The notes under the pieces: generated by a model | The model's input: only the letters and a program-made list of their open reading frames with translations | Database searches by the model: none | What the model was told of the DNA's origin: nothing | Translations under genes and position numbers: made by a program | Assembly: GCF_006345805.1 (NCBI RefSeq) | Contig: NC_043006.1 | Location: 21,948,001-22,012,000 of the forward strand | Length of the DNA: 64,000 nucleotides | Direction of reading: 5' to 3' | Source of the DNA: Octopus sinensis | Lineage: Eukaryota | In this document: positions 25,611 through 39,192 of the stretch, piece by piece | How the letters are laid out: each line of letters begins with the position of its first letter | How positions within the stretch are numbered: the first letter of the stretch is position 1

Positions 25611-25655
<45 letters not shown>

Positions 25656-26460
25656 GTGTGTGTGTGTGTGTGTGTGTGGTGTGTGTGTGTGTGTGTAGTG
25701 GATCTTGCATGCATGAAGTGGATTCGATCCACCATAGCCAAATCTAAATTAACACTGCAACAGAACTTTCCCCACGATGGAACAATGGTTTTTCTCTGAT
25801 AGCAGTTTTACATTTTTCAGATGCCTTTAGCTAGGCCGAAATAATGTCTTCCCCACTTGACCCTTTCTAACCTCTTCAACTTCACTAAAAGCTAGAATAG
25901 AGATAACAAGACCACCAACTAAATCTATTGTTCTCAATGATATATCTATCCTTCTGGATAGTTATAAAAGCGAGAATACTCCAAGCAAAAATCAGTTAGT
26001 CCCTCGGTGACAACTCAGTGAGAACGAAGTCTGGTTGACCAGCTAGAACCTTGGTCAGAGGGAGAAATGATGTTTACTGTCAGCAACTGTGAGACAACGT
26101 CCCACACCGTACAACTCTCACTAGCTCTAATTCTGTTCTTTTACAACATCATTCTATCTTTCTCTGTATTTACTACTAAACAATGAAGAGGACACAAACA
26201 CAAACTTTACTTCGCATGCTTTTGGATTTATAATAACCTGTCCGTCGAGGCAAGGTATTGTAATGTAATGGTAAATAAATACTTTCATTAAACCTCATGC
26301 ATTGTCTCTCTTTCACATCTTAAAGTAAGCAATTATAGCAACAAATGATTATCGTTACAACTGTTGACTACGACATCTCATAATAATGTTTACCAATCAA
26401 TTTCATCCGTTACATATATATACACACACACACACACACACATACACATATGTACACACA

Positions 26461-26512
<52 letters not shown>

Positions 26513-27119
26513 TATATATTTCCTCCGAGATTCATGGAAGATAGGAAGAAAGGAAAACCTAAGACGTGGCCTCAGTTCTAGCAACAGACTGAACTTCGCT
26601 TAAGATGTACAGAGTACGAGATGGTGATATTCCATTGAGCGGCGGATAAACTCTACCACTCATGTAGGATAAAGCGGTATTTCAACTCACAATGCAAACA
26701 ATCAGAACGTATCATTCAGAACGTACCAATCAGAATGCTCCAATGTCCCATGGAGGTTGTCCTCTGGTGCAAAATGTCGCCCAGTGTAGGTAAAACTTAA
26801 AAGTCAATCCCGGAAAGAGCCATATTCCAGTACGAAAAGGGACAGCCTAGATAGGCGCTGCAGCAGGCAGAAGCGGAAGAGATGGGAGAGGGAATGTGGG
26901 TTAAGCCCCCCCTAATGCTCGGTGCACAAAGTGAAAGGAAGTGTGACCGCAATCAGTACTGGGAATAACATATCAGTGGATGAAATGCTGCGACACATAT
27001 AGGACGTCCGGGGTTTGGTTGGATCCTCTGATGTCGAAGGCGAAGGAGAGGCCGGTCCTATGAATAGGTACATATAATATATATCAATAAATAAATAAAT
27101 ATATATATTAAATAAATAA

Positions 27120-27211
<92 letters not shown>

Positions 27212-27306
27212 TATTATATATATTATATACACACACCACTTGAACATTATTATATAGATTATATATTCAATTAAACGAAAGAAATTATATGCCGTCAAAA
27301 TACAAC

Positions 27307-27353
27307 GGTTAACCTACAAAAATCTGAGGCCCTAACTTCTGACCTATGCGGGC
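27307..27353 (-). pseudogene. Degenerate tRNA-Lys 5' half plus start of intron
   Basis: ggttaacctacaaaaatctgaggccctaacttctgacctatgcgggc aligns to ggttgacctataaaagtctgatgctctaccgactgagctatgcgggc with several mismatches. Confidence 0.6.
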
Positions 27354-27480
27354 TATATAGATGTACTTCAGTTTGTCATAAACAATAGATGCTCAATGAA
27401 TTGTCATCACACTGCAATACAAAACGAAATGTTTTATCAACTTTGCTTTTGTAGATAGTATGAGGCGAGCGTAGCTGTCA

Positions 27481-27572
27481 GCCCGCATAGCTCAGTCGGT
27501 AGAGCATCAGACTTTTACAGGTCAACCTTAGAAGTAATCTGAGGGTCGCGGGTTCGAGTCCCTCTGCGGGCG
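27481..27572 (+). tRNA. tRNA-Lys-TTT: tRNA-Lys(UUU) with 19-nt intron (CAGGTCAACCTTAGAAGTA)
   Basis: Intact exons, T4 downstream. Confidence 0.95.
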
Positions 27573-28052
27573 TATGCAACTTTTGCTTTATCTAATATTC
27601 TTTTTACTTTATTGTATCGTTTATCTCTTCCGTGAGGCTATAATTTCGTCTGAAGTTGAATTTATTCATGTCTGTTTATTAAGTTTTTTTTCATTGTATG
27701 TATATTGTTTGAGTTTTCTCAAATGAGAGGCTATGTACATCCGAGCCTATTAAACGTGCTTATGAATATATATATGTAGTGGATCTTGCATGCATGAAGT
27801 GGATTCGATCCACTACAGCCAAATTTAAATTAACACCGAAGACAGGCAAATACCTAGAAACTGCAGTCCGTGTGTATCACTTAGGTTGACGAGAGAGGGA
27901 TGACCTCCCTTTGCAAATACCATAAGGGCACAGAAAGTGTGCCTAAAGCCAGCTGGAGACGATGATCTCCTGGGGCTAAAAGCTACAGTAACACCCACCC
28001 TTAGTGGTTAGCCATATTGAGATGGCTAGTATACTTTACGATATATAAATAA

Positions 28053-28115
<63 letters not shown>

Positions 28116-28239
28116 AAGGGTATGTGGATATATATGTATATATACATACATATAATATATCATAACATGTTGGTGTGTATGTTTGTATGTAAGTATGTAT
28201 GTATGTATATATGTATGCATGTGTGTATGTATGTACATT

Positions 28240-28690
28240 ATGGGTTTGTCGAACATACTGCAAAATTACTTTGACACGTGATTCTATGAAATGGATATGA
28301 TCTGCATAATGCAGATTTGATACCCATGTGAACTGCAAAACCAAGGGCACTGTATACCAAATTGAGTACCAAGAAGGAGCTTGCGCGACTAACCCAGAGT
28401 CATACATAGGTGAGACTTCTAGGAGTATCAATGATAGGTTCAAAGAACACCTGGACAACTACATTGAAAGGAAACCAAACTCCATCTTCTATCAACATGC
28501 TGTAGACTGCCACAAGGGATCCTTAGGGAAACTTAAGTTAAACATCCTATCAACACATCCCACCGATGCAATGTTGAGACAGGTCACAGAAGCTGTTTGT
28601 ATACAAGAATACAAACCTACTCTCAACCGAAAATCCGAATGGAGTAACATCCAGATCCCATTCAGGAGGACCATTCTATAACCACCCTCT
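28240..28690 (+). mobile_element. Penelope-like element GIY-YIG endonuclease fragment
   Basis: ORF 28328-28681: C.TKGTVYQI...YIGETSR.I.DRFKEH...S.FYQH..DCH...R...EA..I....P.LNRK.E. Confidence 0.88.
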
Positions 28691-29195
28691 CTCTTGTTTA
28701 CATGTAATCCTTACACACATGTTGAAATGCCGTGGTGCTAAAAAACATAGGTGCAGTTATATATAACCGTATGAGCGTACGTTGTTTGATACGTGTGTGC
28801 GTGTTTGGTGCTATAAAAAAAAAAGAAAAAAATGCACATGCATGTACATATAAGTATGTATGGATGTATGTATGTATTGTATATGTATGCGTTTATGCAT
28901 ATATAAAATAAAAAAATAAAAAAATAAAAAATAAAAAAGAGCAGATAGGTTAATATAATGCATGTTCGATTTTTAACCGTTGCCCTTGTATACTGTGTCG
29001 TATTTATGTATGCATGTGTGTGTGTGCGAGCGCGTGTGTGTGCGTATGTGTGTAATAGTACATATGTATGTAGAAGTGGATAAGCATATATGAGTGTATA
29101 ATTTAAGATTATATGTATATCTGTGAGTGTGTCTATATGACTGTGTGTACTTGTGTATATGTATATGGTTATATGTGCACAGTTGGTTATATGTG

Positions 29196-29610
29196 CACAG
29201 GAGTGGCTGTGTGGTAAGTAGCTTGCTAACCAACCACATGGTTCCGGTTCAGTCCCACTGCGTGGCATTTGGGCAAGTGTCTTCTGCTATAGCCCCGGGC
29301 CGACCAATGCCTGTGAGTGGATTTGGTAGACGGAAACTGAAAGAAGCCTGTCGTATAGATGTATATATATATCTATATATATGTGTGTTGGTTTGTGTGT
29401 CTGTGTTTGCCCCCCTAGCATTGCTTGACAACCGATTTGGTGTGTGTTTACGTCCCGTCACGTAGCGGTTCGGCAAAAGAGACCGATAGAATAAGTACTG
29501 GGCTTACAAAAGAATAAGTCCCGGGGTCGATTTGCTCGACTAAAGGCGGTGCTCCAGCATGGCGGCAGTCAAATGACTGAAACAAGTAAAAGAGTAAAGA
29601 GTAAAAAGAG
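29196..29610 (+). mobile_element. SINE family B
   Basis: Full-length match with GAGTAAA tail repeats. Confidence 0.85.
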
Positions 29611-30211
29611 AGAGTTGCACCTAAACGTTGTATCCATTCACCGTTAGACGATGATGAGAGGAACAAACACACATCCACACACATATATATGTGTGTGCGT
29701 CTATACAAACATATATGTGTGTATATATACAACCTTCAACAAAGTTACAGTCACGTACACAACTTGGACGGACACATACCAGTACACGGACATATGTTCA
29801 CATGCACATACACATGTACACACACACACACACAGACGCATCTGCCCATTCTCCTAGATACTCACATACATACGTAGCACATAAGTACAAACATACATAC
29901 ATACATGCGTATGGGCATACACACGTACATACGCACGTACATGTACACACATACACACATACACACATACATGCATACGCATATACATACATACGCACAT
30001 GCGTTCGTACGTGTACACACACACACACATACATACATACATACATACATACATACATACATACATACATACATACATACATACATACATACATACATAC
30101 ATACATCTGTATAACGGGAAGCTTTATGAAAATAGACGAAAGACGAAGGCAGGTGGAAAACAAACAAACAATTGTATTAGTATGGCGCTCAGGAAATATA
30201 AATAAAACAAG

Positions 30212-30249
30212 TCTTTAACGTTTCGAGCCTACGCTCTTCAACAGAAAGA
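30212..30249 (-). ncRNA. Hammerhead-like motif with CUGUNGA core variant
   Basis: Reverse complement TCTTT-CTGTTGA-A-GAGC-GTAG-GCTC-GAAA-CGT-T-AAAGA. Confidence 0.5.
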
Positions 30250-31296
30250 TACACAGAGAGAAAAAAAAAAACACAGAAAGAAGGAGAGAAAAAAAATGCG
30301 TGCAGTAACTAACGAATCAACATGATAACTTGAACTAACTAGATGTAAGGAAAAAAAAGATAAGTTATAGTAAAACAAAAGTCTTGAGATATAGAGATAA
30401 GTGGCTGATAATACGTTTTAGAGTTTTGTCGCGGGAGGGGGGGTAAGGGTCGTAAATCACTTCCTAGTTTTCGGCGGGGGGGGGAGGGTTGAAATTTGAT
30501 ATTGTTGTGAGGAGTGGTCAGTCTACACCTATCCACCACTACAGGTTTATGGCTTTAAGTTTATAGTGTGTGTGTGTGCGTGCATATACACACATACATA
30601 CATACATACATACATACATACATACATACACACACATACACACATACATACATACATACATACATACATACATACATACATACATACTACACACATGCAT
30701 ACGTACGTACATACATATATACATGCATGCATGACCGTTAGTCCCAGACAATTTATGAGAAAGCAGATAAACTATTTAACCACAATCCAGACAACCTACA
30801 TTGACCATCTTAATTTATGACGCCCACCTTCAGCTTCAACAACCGGAATATGTCCTTTCTGTACCTTAAGTTATCTTCCATCCACCCCTTTATATTTCTT
30901 CATCCCTTTATATTTCTTTATCCCTTTATATCTTATTTTTATTTTTTATTTTTTATCCTTATTTTTTTCGTCTTTATTTTTCGCTTCTTTATCTTTATCT
31001 CTATTTATTTATATTCCCATGTTTTTCCCGTCTTTGTGTACTTATATATTTATATACTTATATATTTTTTAATATTCTTATGTTTTAACCTTTTACCCTA
31101 ACTCATTAAAGATTCAACCCCAACGCCTTCCCTCTCTATCTCAACATCCAATCTCCTCATTCTACATCGAGTGAAAAACGGGATGGACTCTTCGATTTTG
31201 TTTTGGTGCCTCGCTCTGTTGTACACGACTATGAGGATTTGCTTCCCCAACGTAAAACTTATAATGTAATACATGTCCTTGGAGTAGTAATTGTAC

Positions 31297-31384
31297 GCGG
31301 CTGAAGAAGGCTATTGACATACAAATTACATCAATTATGCATTGATATAAACCGTCTAATAAAAGCCAGAAACATATGTACCGC
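31297..31384 (+). ncRNA. Type I minimal hammerhead ribozyme (Penelope-like element type)
   Basis: GCGG-CTGAAGA-(A)GGCTATTGAC...GTCTAATAAAAGCC(A)-GAAAC-ATAT-GTA-CCGC: stem I GCGG/CCGC, core CUGANGA + GAAA, short stem III with palindromic loop, GUA cleavage triplet. Confidence 0.7.
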
Positions 31385-31428
31385 TAAATCCTTAGCATCA
31401 TGTTTTTATTTGATAAATATATATATAA

Positions 31429-31485
<57 letters not shown>

Positions 31486-32974
31486 TTATATTATATATAT
31501 TATTATATGTAGAAAAATACAAACTGGGACAAGAAGTAAAACATTTAGAAGACAATACAATAAAGCCTTCAATCTTCAGTCAAGACCGGATCATCCTCGC
31601 AATTTCGGCTGATTAATCTTGAGATCGCTCCGATCCGGCCAGCCCCAAGGAAAAACTAAGCTACGAGCATTAGATTTCTTGGATATATATATACTTGACT
31701 TTGTCAGTGAACAGGTCGCGGATTTTAGCGACGAAAATATTTTGAACAAATTAAACTAAATGTTGAAGTGAATCGAACGGCTTTTGTGTGTTTCTTAAAT
31801 GGCTTATAAACACCTTCCACGCTGCAATGGTTTTCGTTTCAGCACACGATCTCAGATCAAATTACTTGCTATGGTGTACATCTCGTAATATATATATATA
31901 TATATATATAATATCTAGTGTGTGTGTGTGTGTGTGGTGTGTGTGTGTGTGGTGTGTGGTGTGTTGTATGTGGTATATATGTATATATATATTATATATA
32001 TTATATATATATATACTAAGCAATAAAGGGTTTAGCAACGAATTGCCTTACCACATACCGAATTTAGAATTTAAATTTTCCTCGAATGAGGCTTTACATC
32101 CGAAGACTACTTGGTGTAATTGATAATTATTCCAAATTAATTAATTTCACCCTTCATTATATATATAAATATATATATATATATGTGTGTGTATATATTT
32201 GTATGTATACACATGTATACAAATGTGTGTGTGTGTGTGTGTATAAATATATATATATATGTATTTATGTATAGATGCATATACCAACTTTATTTCAGTA
32301 AGGATTATGTTAGTAAAGCCTCGATTGAAATTGTGCTTGAGTTGTACGAAACTTGTATTCAAAATAGTTGGATATTTGCGCTTTAGAGGTGTTTGATAAC
32401 TCTGAAAGCAAGAGACAAAATACCTATGTATTCGATCGATCTGCAATTAAGAGTCGCAAAATCTCTCCAAACTCATACCCTAACATTTTATTATAACAGG
32501 AACTTGACATCGATATTTCCGAGAAATTTCAGTTAATTGATTTTAAAGGCGTTAACTCAGTTACTTAGCATTTTAAGATGGTAATCGAGCTTAAAGGAAA
32601 GTTTTGCTTCTCTGCATATTTTTCGCTTAATCGTCCCTTTCAAGATTTAGGTGTCGTTTGGTTAGTGTATCGATAAGGTCAAGCTGCCATGTATATATTT
32701 CGTCGTTCATTCAAATTAAGAACTGTCGTTACCAGGTTTTCTATTTTCTAAGTTTAAATCATTTTATATCCTACAAAGCTGTCAGAGCTGAGCCGTTGCA
32801 CGAATTACTATCACCGTCTCGTAGTTTATGTTTCCACTGCTTTGCAAGAATTCGGAACATCTCCGGTTCCCTCACTTACAGTTTTCCACACATTTATCTT
32901 GAGCTCCACAAATTCATGAAATTCTATGAGGGTGATGGGTTCTTTTTTCCCCAACACTAAATATTTTTGCTTCT

Positions 32975-33074
32975 NNNNNNNNNNNNNNNNNNNNNNNNNN
33001 NNNNNNNNNNNNNNNNNNNNNNNNNNNNNNNNNNNNNNNNNNNNNNNNNNNNNNNNNNNNNNNNNNNNNNNNNN
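32975..33074. other. Assembly gap (100 N)
   Basis: Run of N flanked by ~620 bp near-identical sequence on both sides. Confidence 0.99.
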
Positions 33075-33855
33075 AAGTTAGTTTGTATTCAAAATAGTTG
33101 GATATTGGCGCTTTTAGAGGTGTTTTGATAACTCTGAAAGCAAGAGACAAAATACCTAGTATTCGATCGATCTGCAATTAAGAGTCGCAAAAATATCTCC
33201 AAACTCATACCCTAACATTTTATTATAACAGGAACTTGACATCGATATTTCCGAGAAAATTCAGTTAATGATTTTAAAGGCGTTAACTCACGTTATTAGC
33301 ATTTAAGATGGTAATCGAGCTTAAAGGAAAGTTTTGCTTCTCTGCATATTTTTCGCTAATCGTCCCTTTCAAGATTTAGGTGTCGTTTGGTTAGTGTATC
33401 GATAAGGTCAAGCTGCCATGTATATATTTCGTCGTTCATTCAAATTAAGAACTGTCGTTACCAGGTTTTCTATTTTCTAAGTTTAAATCATTTTATATCC
33501 TACAAAGCTGTCAGAGCTGAGCCGTTGCACGAATTACTATCACCGTCTCGTAGTTTATGTTTCCACTGCTTTGCAAGAATTCGGGAACATCTCCGGTTCC
33601 CTCCACTTACAGTTTTCCACACATTTATCTTGAGCTCCCACAAAATCTCATGAAATTCTATGAGAGGTGATGGGTTCTTTTTTCCCCCAACACTAAATAT
33701 TTTTGCTTCCTAAAAAGCTAACCTACCTAAGTGGGAAAATGAATGGGTGAAACATAAAATGGGCTTGAAGCATATTATGTATCTGTACTTGAGCTTGGTA
33801 CAAATAATAGACGCTCAATGAATTGTCATCATACTACTATACAAAAAAATACGCT

Positions 33856-33885
33856 TTATCAACTTTGCTTTTATAGATAATATGA
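33856..33885 (+). promoter_or_regulatory. Conserved upstream TATA-like element of the tRNA-Lys genes (representative copy)
   Basis: TTATCAACTTTGCTTTTATAGATAATATGA at about -47..-18 with TATA at about -31; recognisable variants at the same spacing before most copies. Confidence 0.55.
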
Positions 33886-33902
33886 GAATTTACTAAACGT
33901 CC

Positions 33903-33994
33903 GCCCGCATAGCTCAGTCGGTAGAGCGTCAGACTTTTATAGGTCAACCTTAGAAGTGATCTGAGGGTCGCGGGTTCGAGTCCCTCTGCGGGCG
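33903..33994 (+). tRNA. tRNA-Lys-TTT: tRNA-Lys(UUU) with 19-nt intron, A26G variant
   Basis: Intact stems; intron ends AGAAGTG; T5 downstream. Confidence 0.92.
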
Positions 33995-34633
33995 TAATCA
34001 GTTTTTGCTTTATTGAATATTGTTTTTAATCTATTGTGTCGTTTATCTCTCCTCTGAGGTTTTAATTTCGTCTGAAGTTTTACAATGAATTCATATCTTT
34101 TATGTTTTTGAAATGAGGTGCTATGTACAATTCCAAGTTACAACACGGAGTCCAGTTTTATAGTTTCAAACTTTCCACTTGAGTCCGTGTTGTAACTTTA
34201 TAAGGTATCAGGTATTAGGACCCGAGTTCAATTCTAATGCAGCGTAGTAGCACCTGACAAATTCTCAGCTTTGGGTTAATTAGCTTATTAGAGTTCACCT
34301 GCCTGTACACCTGAATATTGGATTTGACGGTTTCTGTGGAAAAGACTATCATGGTTCAACGGAAGGGAAGTGACATTCTGGAGTGCAGAGAGCAAGATGA
34401 GCTAAGATTATCTCAGTCATTGACTACATCAGTCACCATTTCCAAACGCTTTCATCTAGTCTGGCTTCTGGATTGAAGATAGTCACGGATATGAGAGAAA
34501 TAGAGAAGTTGACAAGATGCAAATTTTCATCTTAAACAAATTCACCGCACAAGTCATCAGTCACCTATAAGAATGACTAGAGGGTCCACATCGGTCTAAA
34601 AGATGAATCTGATATATATATATATATATATAT

Positions 34634-34838
34634 AGCAATAATAATTCTCTAAATGAGATATAGACAGTGACTGCCTCAGTAATATAAGGGATATAGCCAA
34701 CTGATGTTCGCCTGGGGCTAAATGCAACAGTGACACCCCCACACCCTGCCCGTCTCTGGCCATATTCAGTTGGCTAATATCCCTTATATTATGGAGCAGT
34801 CAGTCTGTCTATATCTCATTTAGAGAATTATTATTGCT
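34634..34838. repeat. Inverted repeat, ~70-bp arms
   Basis: AGCAATAATAATTCTCTAAATGAGATATAGACAG... / ...CTGTCTATATCTCATTTAGAGAATTATTATTGCT. Confidence 0.85.
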
Positions 34839-35183
34839 GTCGAACAGATTTTCGAAATCAGTAAATGTATTTACTTGAAAATCCTTTATATAATCTTGCA
34901 CAGTCGGTCGTTCATCGAGAAGCGATGCCTACCACACGTTGATAATAGGCCAATACACCTTGAAACCTAGGTCCTGTGTGTGGTATTCCGCTTCTTGGTG
35001 AATGATCTCCCTTTGCAAGATAGAGGACGCCGTGATGGCGTCAGGCCTATCTGGTGACGTTGATGTTCGCCTGGGGCTAAATGCAACACCCCCACCACCC
35101 GCCCTGTCCCTAGGACAATTCAGTTGGCTAATATCCCTTATATTATATATATATATATATACATATATACATATATATGATAT

Positions 35184-35235
<52 letters not shown>

Positions 35236-35247
35236 TATATTTATATA

Positions 35248-35289
<42 letters not shown>

Positions 35290-35452
35290 GTATGTAGTAT
35301 ATATATATATATAATATATATATGATATATGTATATATATGTATATATGTATATACATACATGTATATGTATGTATTGTATATGTATATATATATTTATA
35401 TATATGCATATATATGTATAAATATATAGATATATATATACATATATATATA

Positions 35453-35483
<31 letters not shown>

Positions 35484-35503
35484 CATATATTATATATATA
35501 CAT

Positions 35504-35555
<52 letters not shown>

Positions 35556-36591
35556 GATATCTATGTGTGTGTGTGTGTATATATGTATACACACACACAC
35601 ACACACATATATATTTATGTACGAGACATACAACATAAAGAATATTCCCCTTCTTCAGTTGTCCCTGTTTCATCTACTCCGCGTTACGAAAGTAAAGAGA
35701 AGACGCGACTTCGTTGAAACAGTCCTTCCCGCAAAGCAAATTGAATAATTTTTTTATTTGCAGCGTGTGAAAGTGGTAACAAGAACAGAACATTGAAAAC
35801 AAAACAGTAAAAACAAACGTCGAGGGCTGTTAAGTCAAGACAATAGAAATACTCTTCTGAACGCTAGGAGGACGAGCTTATGAAGGAGACAGTATAAGCA
35901 CGTTGTTGTTTTTACGAAGGTAGTAGTCAGAAAAATAGATTCTCTTTCGTCACGTGTTAGCGACGAGAGAGTCGAGGAGGAGGATTGAGAGAGAGGAGAG
36001 GAATAGGGAAGAATAGGGAGAGAAAGCCAGAAAGGATGAAGAACAAGAGAGGGAGAGAGATAGACAGAGAAGAGATAGTAAAGATAGAAGGGTGCGCATT
36101 GTAATTATTAAGAGAAAACTTATTTGGAACAAGATTCGTGGCATTCGATCATATAATAACATAAATAATATATGCATATATACATACATATATATACAAA
36201 CAACTGTCAGATTTGAGCCGTTGCACGAATTATATCAACTCTCGTAGTTTGTGTTTCCACTCTTTTGCAAGAATTCGGGAACATTTCCGGTTTTCTCCAC
36301 TTACATTTTACACACACTTATCTTGAGCTCTGACAAGATCGTATGAAATCCGGTGAGAAGTGATGGGTTCTGTTTTCCCCAGTACTGAACAGTTTTTCTT
36401 TCGAAAAGCTAACTACCTAAGTGAATAATTAATCGGTGAAACATAAGACACGCTTGAACATTATTATATCTATGTACCTCAGTTTGTCATAAACAATGGA
36501 CGCTCAATGAATAGTCATGACAGTGCAATACAAAGAGAAATGTTCTTTCAACTTTGCATTTATAGATAATATGAGAGATTGCTGAATGTCC

Positions 36592-36683
36592 GCCCGCATA
36601 GCTCAGTTGGTAGAGCATCAGACTTTTGTAAGTCAACCTTAAAAGTAATCTGAGGGTCGCGTGTTCAAGTCCCTCTGCGGGCG
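36592..36683 (+). tRNA. tRNA-Lys-TTT: tRNA-Lys(UUU) variant or probable pseudogene with 19-nt intron
   Basis: Full length but A37G, G52T (second T-stem mismatch) and C17T. Confidence 0.6.
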
Positions 36684-36886
36684 TAATCAGTTTTTGCTTT
36701 ATTGAATATTTTTTTTTACTTTATTGTGTCGTTTATCTCTTCCGTGAGTCTATGATTTCGTCTGAAGTTTTACAATGAATTTATTCGTGTTTGTTTATTA
36801 GTTTTTTTCTGTTGTTTGTATATCTTTTATGTTTTTGAAGTGAGGGGCTATTTACATCCGTGTCTGCTAACGATCCCTTCTCTAAC

Positions 36887-36928
<42 letters not shown>

Positions 36929-36937
36929 ATATATATA

Positions 36938-37021
<84 letters not shown>

Positions 37022-39192
37022 GTGTTTGTCCAGGATAGGACTACACAGCCACAGCAGGAAATGTATCAGGACATGAAATGTAAAAGCCGGACTAGACTAC
37101 AAAAAGAAAACAAAAAAAAAAACAAAAAACATGCGCAACTCCATTGTCTCCAAGACAGAAAGGATGCCAATACAATATACATATGTATATACACACACAT
37201 ACATTCATACACACAGATATATCCTCAGTAAGTCATAAATCCGAAAGAAAGCATATTCAAAGTCATACACCTGTAGAGTATTCACAGAATATCAGTTATG
37301 GCACGTTCACGGTGAAATTGTTTAAAATGATGTAGACGATGTCTGAGATAATCTTACCTCATCTTGATCTCTGCACTCCAGAATGTCACTTCCTCTTCCG
37401 TTGAATCATGATGGTTTCTTCAACAGACACCGGCAAATCCAATATTGAGATGCACAGACAGGTAAATCCTAATAATAAGGTAATTAACCCAAAGCTGAAA
37501 CGTTGTCAGGTGGTGCTATGACGCGTTACAATTGAACTCGGATCAACAGCGTCTAAGAGTTAGTTCCACAATCCTCGTAATCCGGCAAAATCTGAATATT
37601 GGATTTGGCGGTGTCTGTGGAAGAAACCTTCATGGTTCAACGGAAGGGAAGTGACATTCTGGAGTGCAGAGAGCAAGATGAGGTAAGATTATCTCAGCCA
37701 TTGACTACATCAGTCACAATTCCCAAACGTATTCACCTGGTCTTGCTTCTGGATTGAAGATAGTCACGAATATGAGAGAGAGGGAGAAGTTGACAAGATG
37801 CAAATTTTCATCTTAAATACACCGCACAAGTCATCAGTCACCTATAAATATGGGTAGAAAGTCCACATCGGTCTAAAAGATGAATCTGATATATATATAT
37901 ATATATATATAATGTGATAAACAAAAATATATGCATACATACACACATATATGTACGTACCTACATCTACATGTATATATGCATGCATATATAAATAAAT
38001 ATACGTAAGTACAGGACGCCACAACAAGACGTAGAAACGGGAAAAACAAAAATTTTACGACAAGTACAGGTCAGGCTACACAAGGAAAAATCCAAATTTT
38101 TTACAAGAAAAACAAGTACAGGACATGCTACACAAGGAACATTCCACCGTCATCATTTGTCGCTAGTTAACTCAGGCGTGTTTCGAAGGCAAGACAGGAC
38201 ACTCGTTAACTAGGCCTTCCTGCGAGAGAATTAAAATAAAATTCCAAGCAGCGGGGTAAAACGGGTAAGAACACAAACAGGATGTAACAATAAAACTGCA
38301 CAATAAAATACAAGATAAAAATACATGTACAAAAAAAATACAAGACGAGAAATAAAAAGGGAATACAATACGGGAAATCAAACAACAAGAGGACAATGAG
38401 AAAAAACAAACAGACGAAAAAGGCCCTTTTTTGGCTAGACGAAATATGTGTGGCAGCGTGTGGAAAGCAAGACCTTTCAGTAGCAGAGGCGGCGTGCGAA
38501 AGAGAGAAATTTTTAGGCTGGGAGTGAGAAAGAAGGAAGGAGGATGGGGACACGCGGCTAAGAGAGAGAACAGGGGAAGAGTGAGAGGGAGAGAGAGTGG
38601 AGAGGGTAAAGCAAAGGGAGAGAATTACGCGTCTTAAATATTTATATAAAAATTAAATGGGGACAAGAAGTGGAACGAACCGACAAATCGAAAGGAACCT
38701 GACGCGAGGCGCTGTCAGACAATAATATGATAAATAAAAATATATGCATATATACAAACATATATGTACGTACCTACATCTACATGTATATATACATGCA
38801 TATATAAATAAATATACGTAAGTACAGGACGCCACAACAAGACGTAGAAACGGGAAAAACAAAAATTTTACGACAAGTACAGGACAGGCTACACAAGGAA
38901 AAATCCAAATTTTTTACAAGAAAAACAAGTACAGGACATGCTACACAAGGAAAAATCCACCGTCATCAGCTGTCGCTAGTTAACTCAGGCGTGTTTCGAA
39001 GGCAAGACAGGACTCTCGTTACCTAGGCCTTGCTGCGAGAGAATTAAAATAAAATTCCAAGCAGCGGGATAAAACGGGTAAGAACACAAACAGGATGTGA
39101 CAATAAAACTGCACAATAAAATACAAGATAAAAATACATGTACAAAAGAAATACAAGACGAGAAATAAAAAGGGAATATATACATACATACA

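Noticed and set aside
25695-26359. Solo LTR (TGTAG...TTACA)
   Set aside because: No TSD and only the first ~60 bp recur (27775, 42590), so the boundaries are unsupported.
29651-30820. Many ORFs rich in YI/HT/CV/MYVC repeats here and elsewhere
   Set aside because: Translations of (TA)n, (CA)n and (TACA)n microsatellites.
31580-31640. HDV-like ribozyme suggested by TCCTCGC
   Set aside because: No P3/P1 pairing around it, and the 42.1 kb copy reads TCTTCGC.
32355-33710. Tandem duplication around the N gap
   Set aside because: Near-identical sequence on both sides of a 100-N gap with small indels near the contig ends is most likely an unmerged overlap.
34515-34565. CTGATGA...GAAA on the minus strand as a hammerhead
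   Set aside because: No valid stem III, cleavage triplet or stem I, and GAAA is not kept in the 41.85 kb copy.
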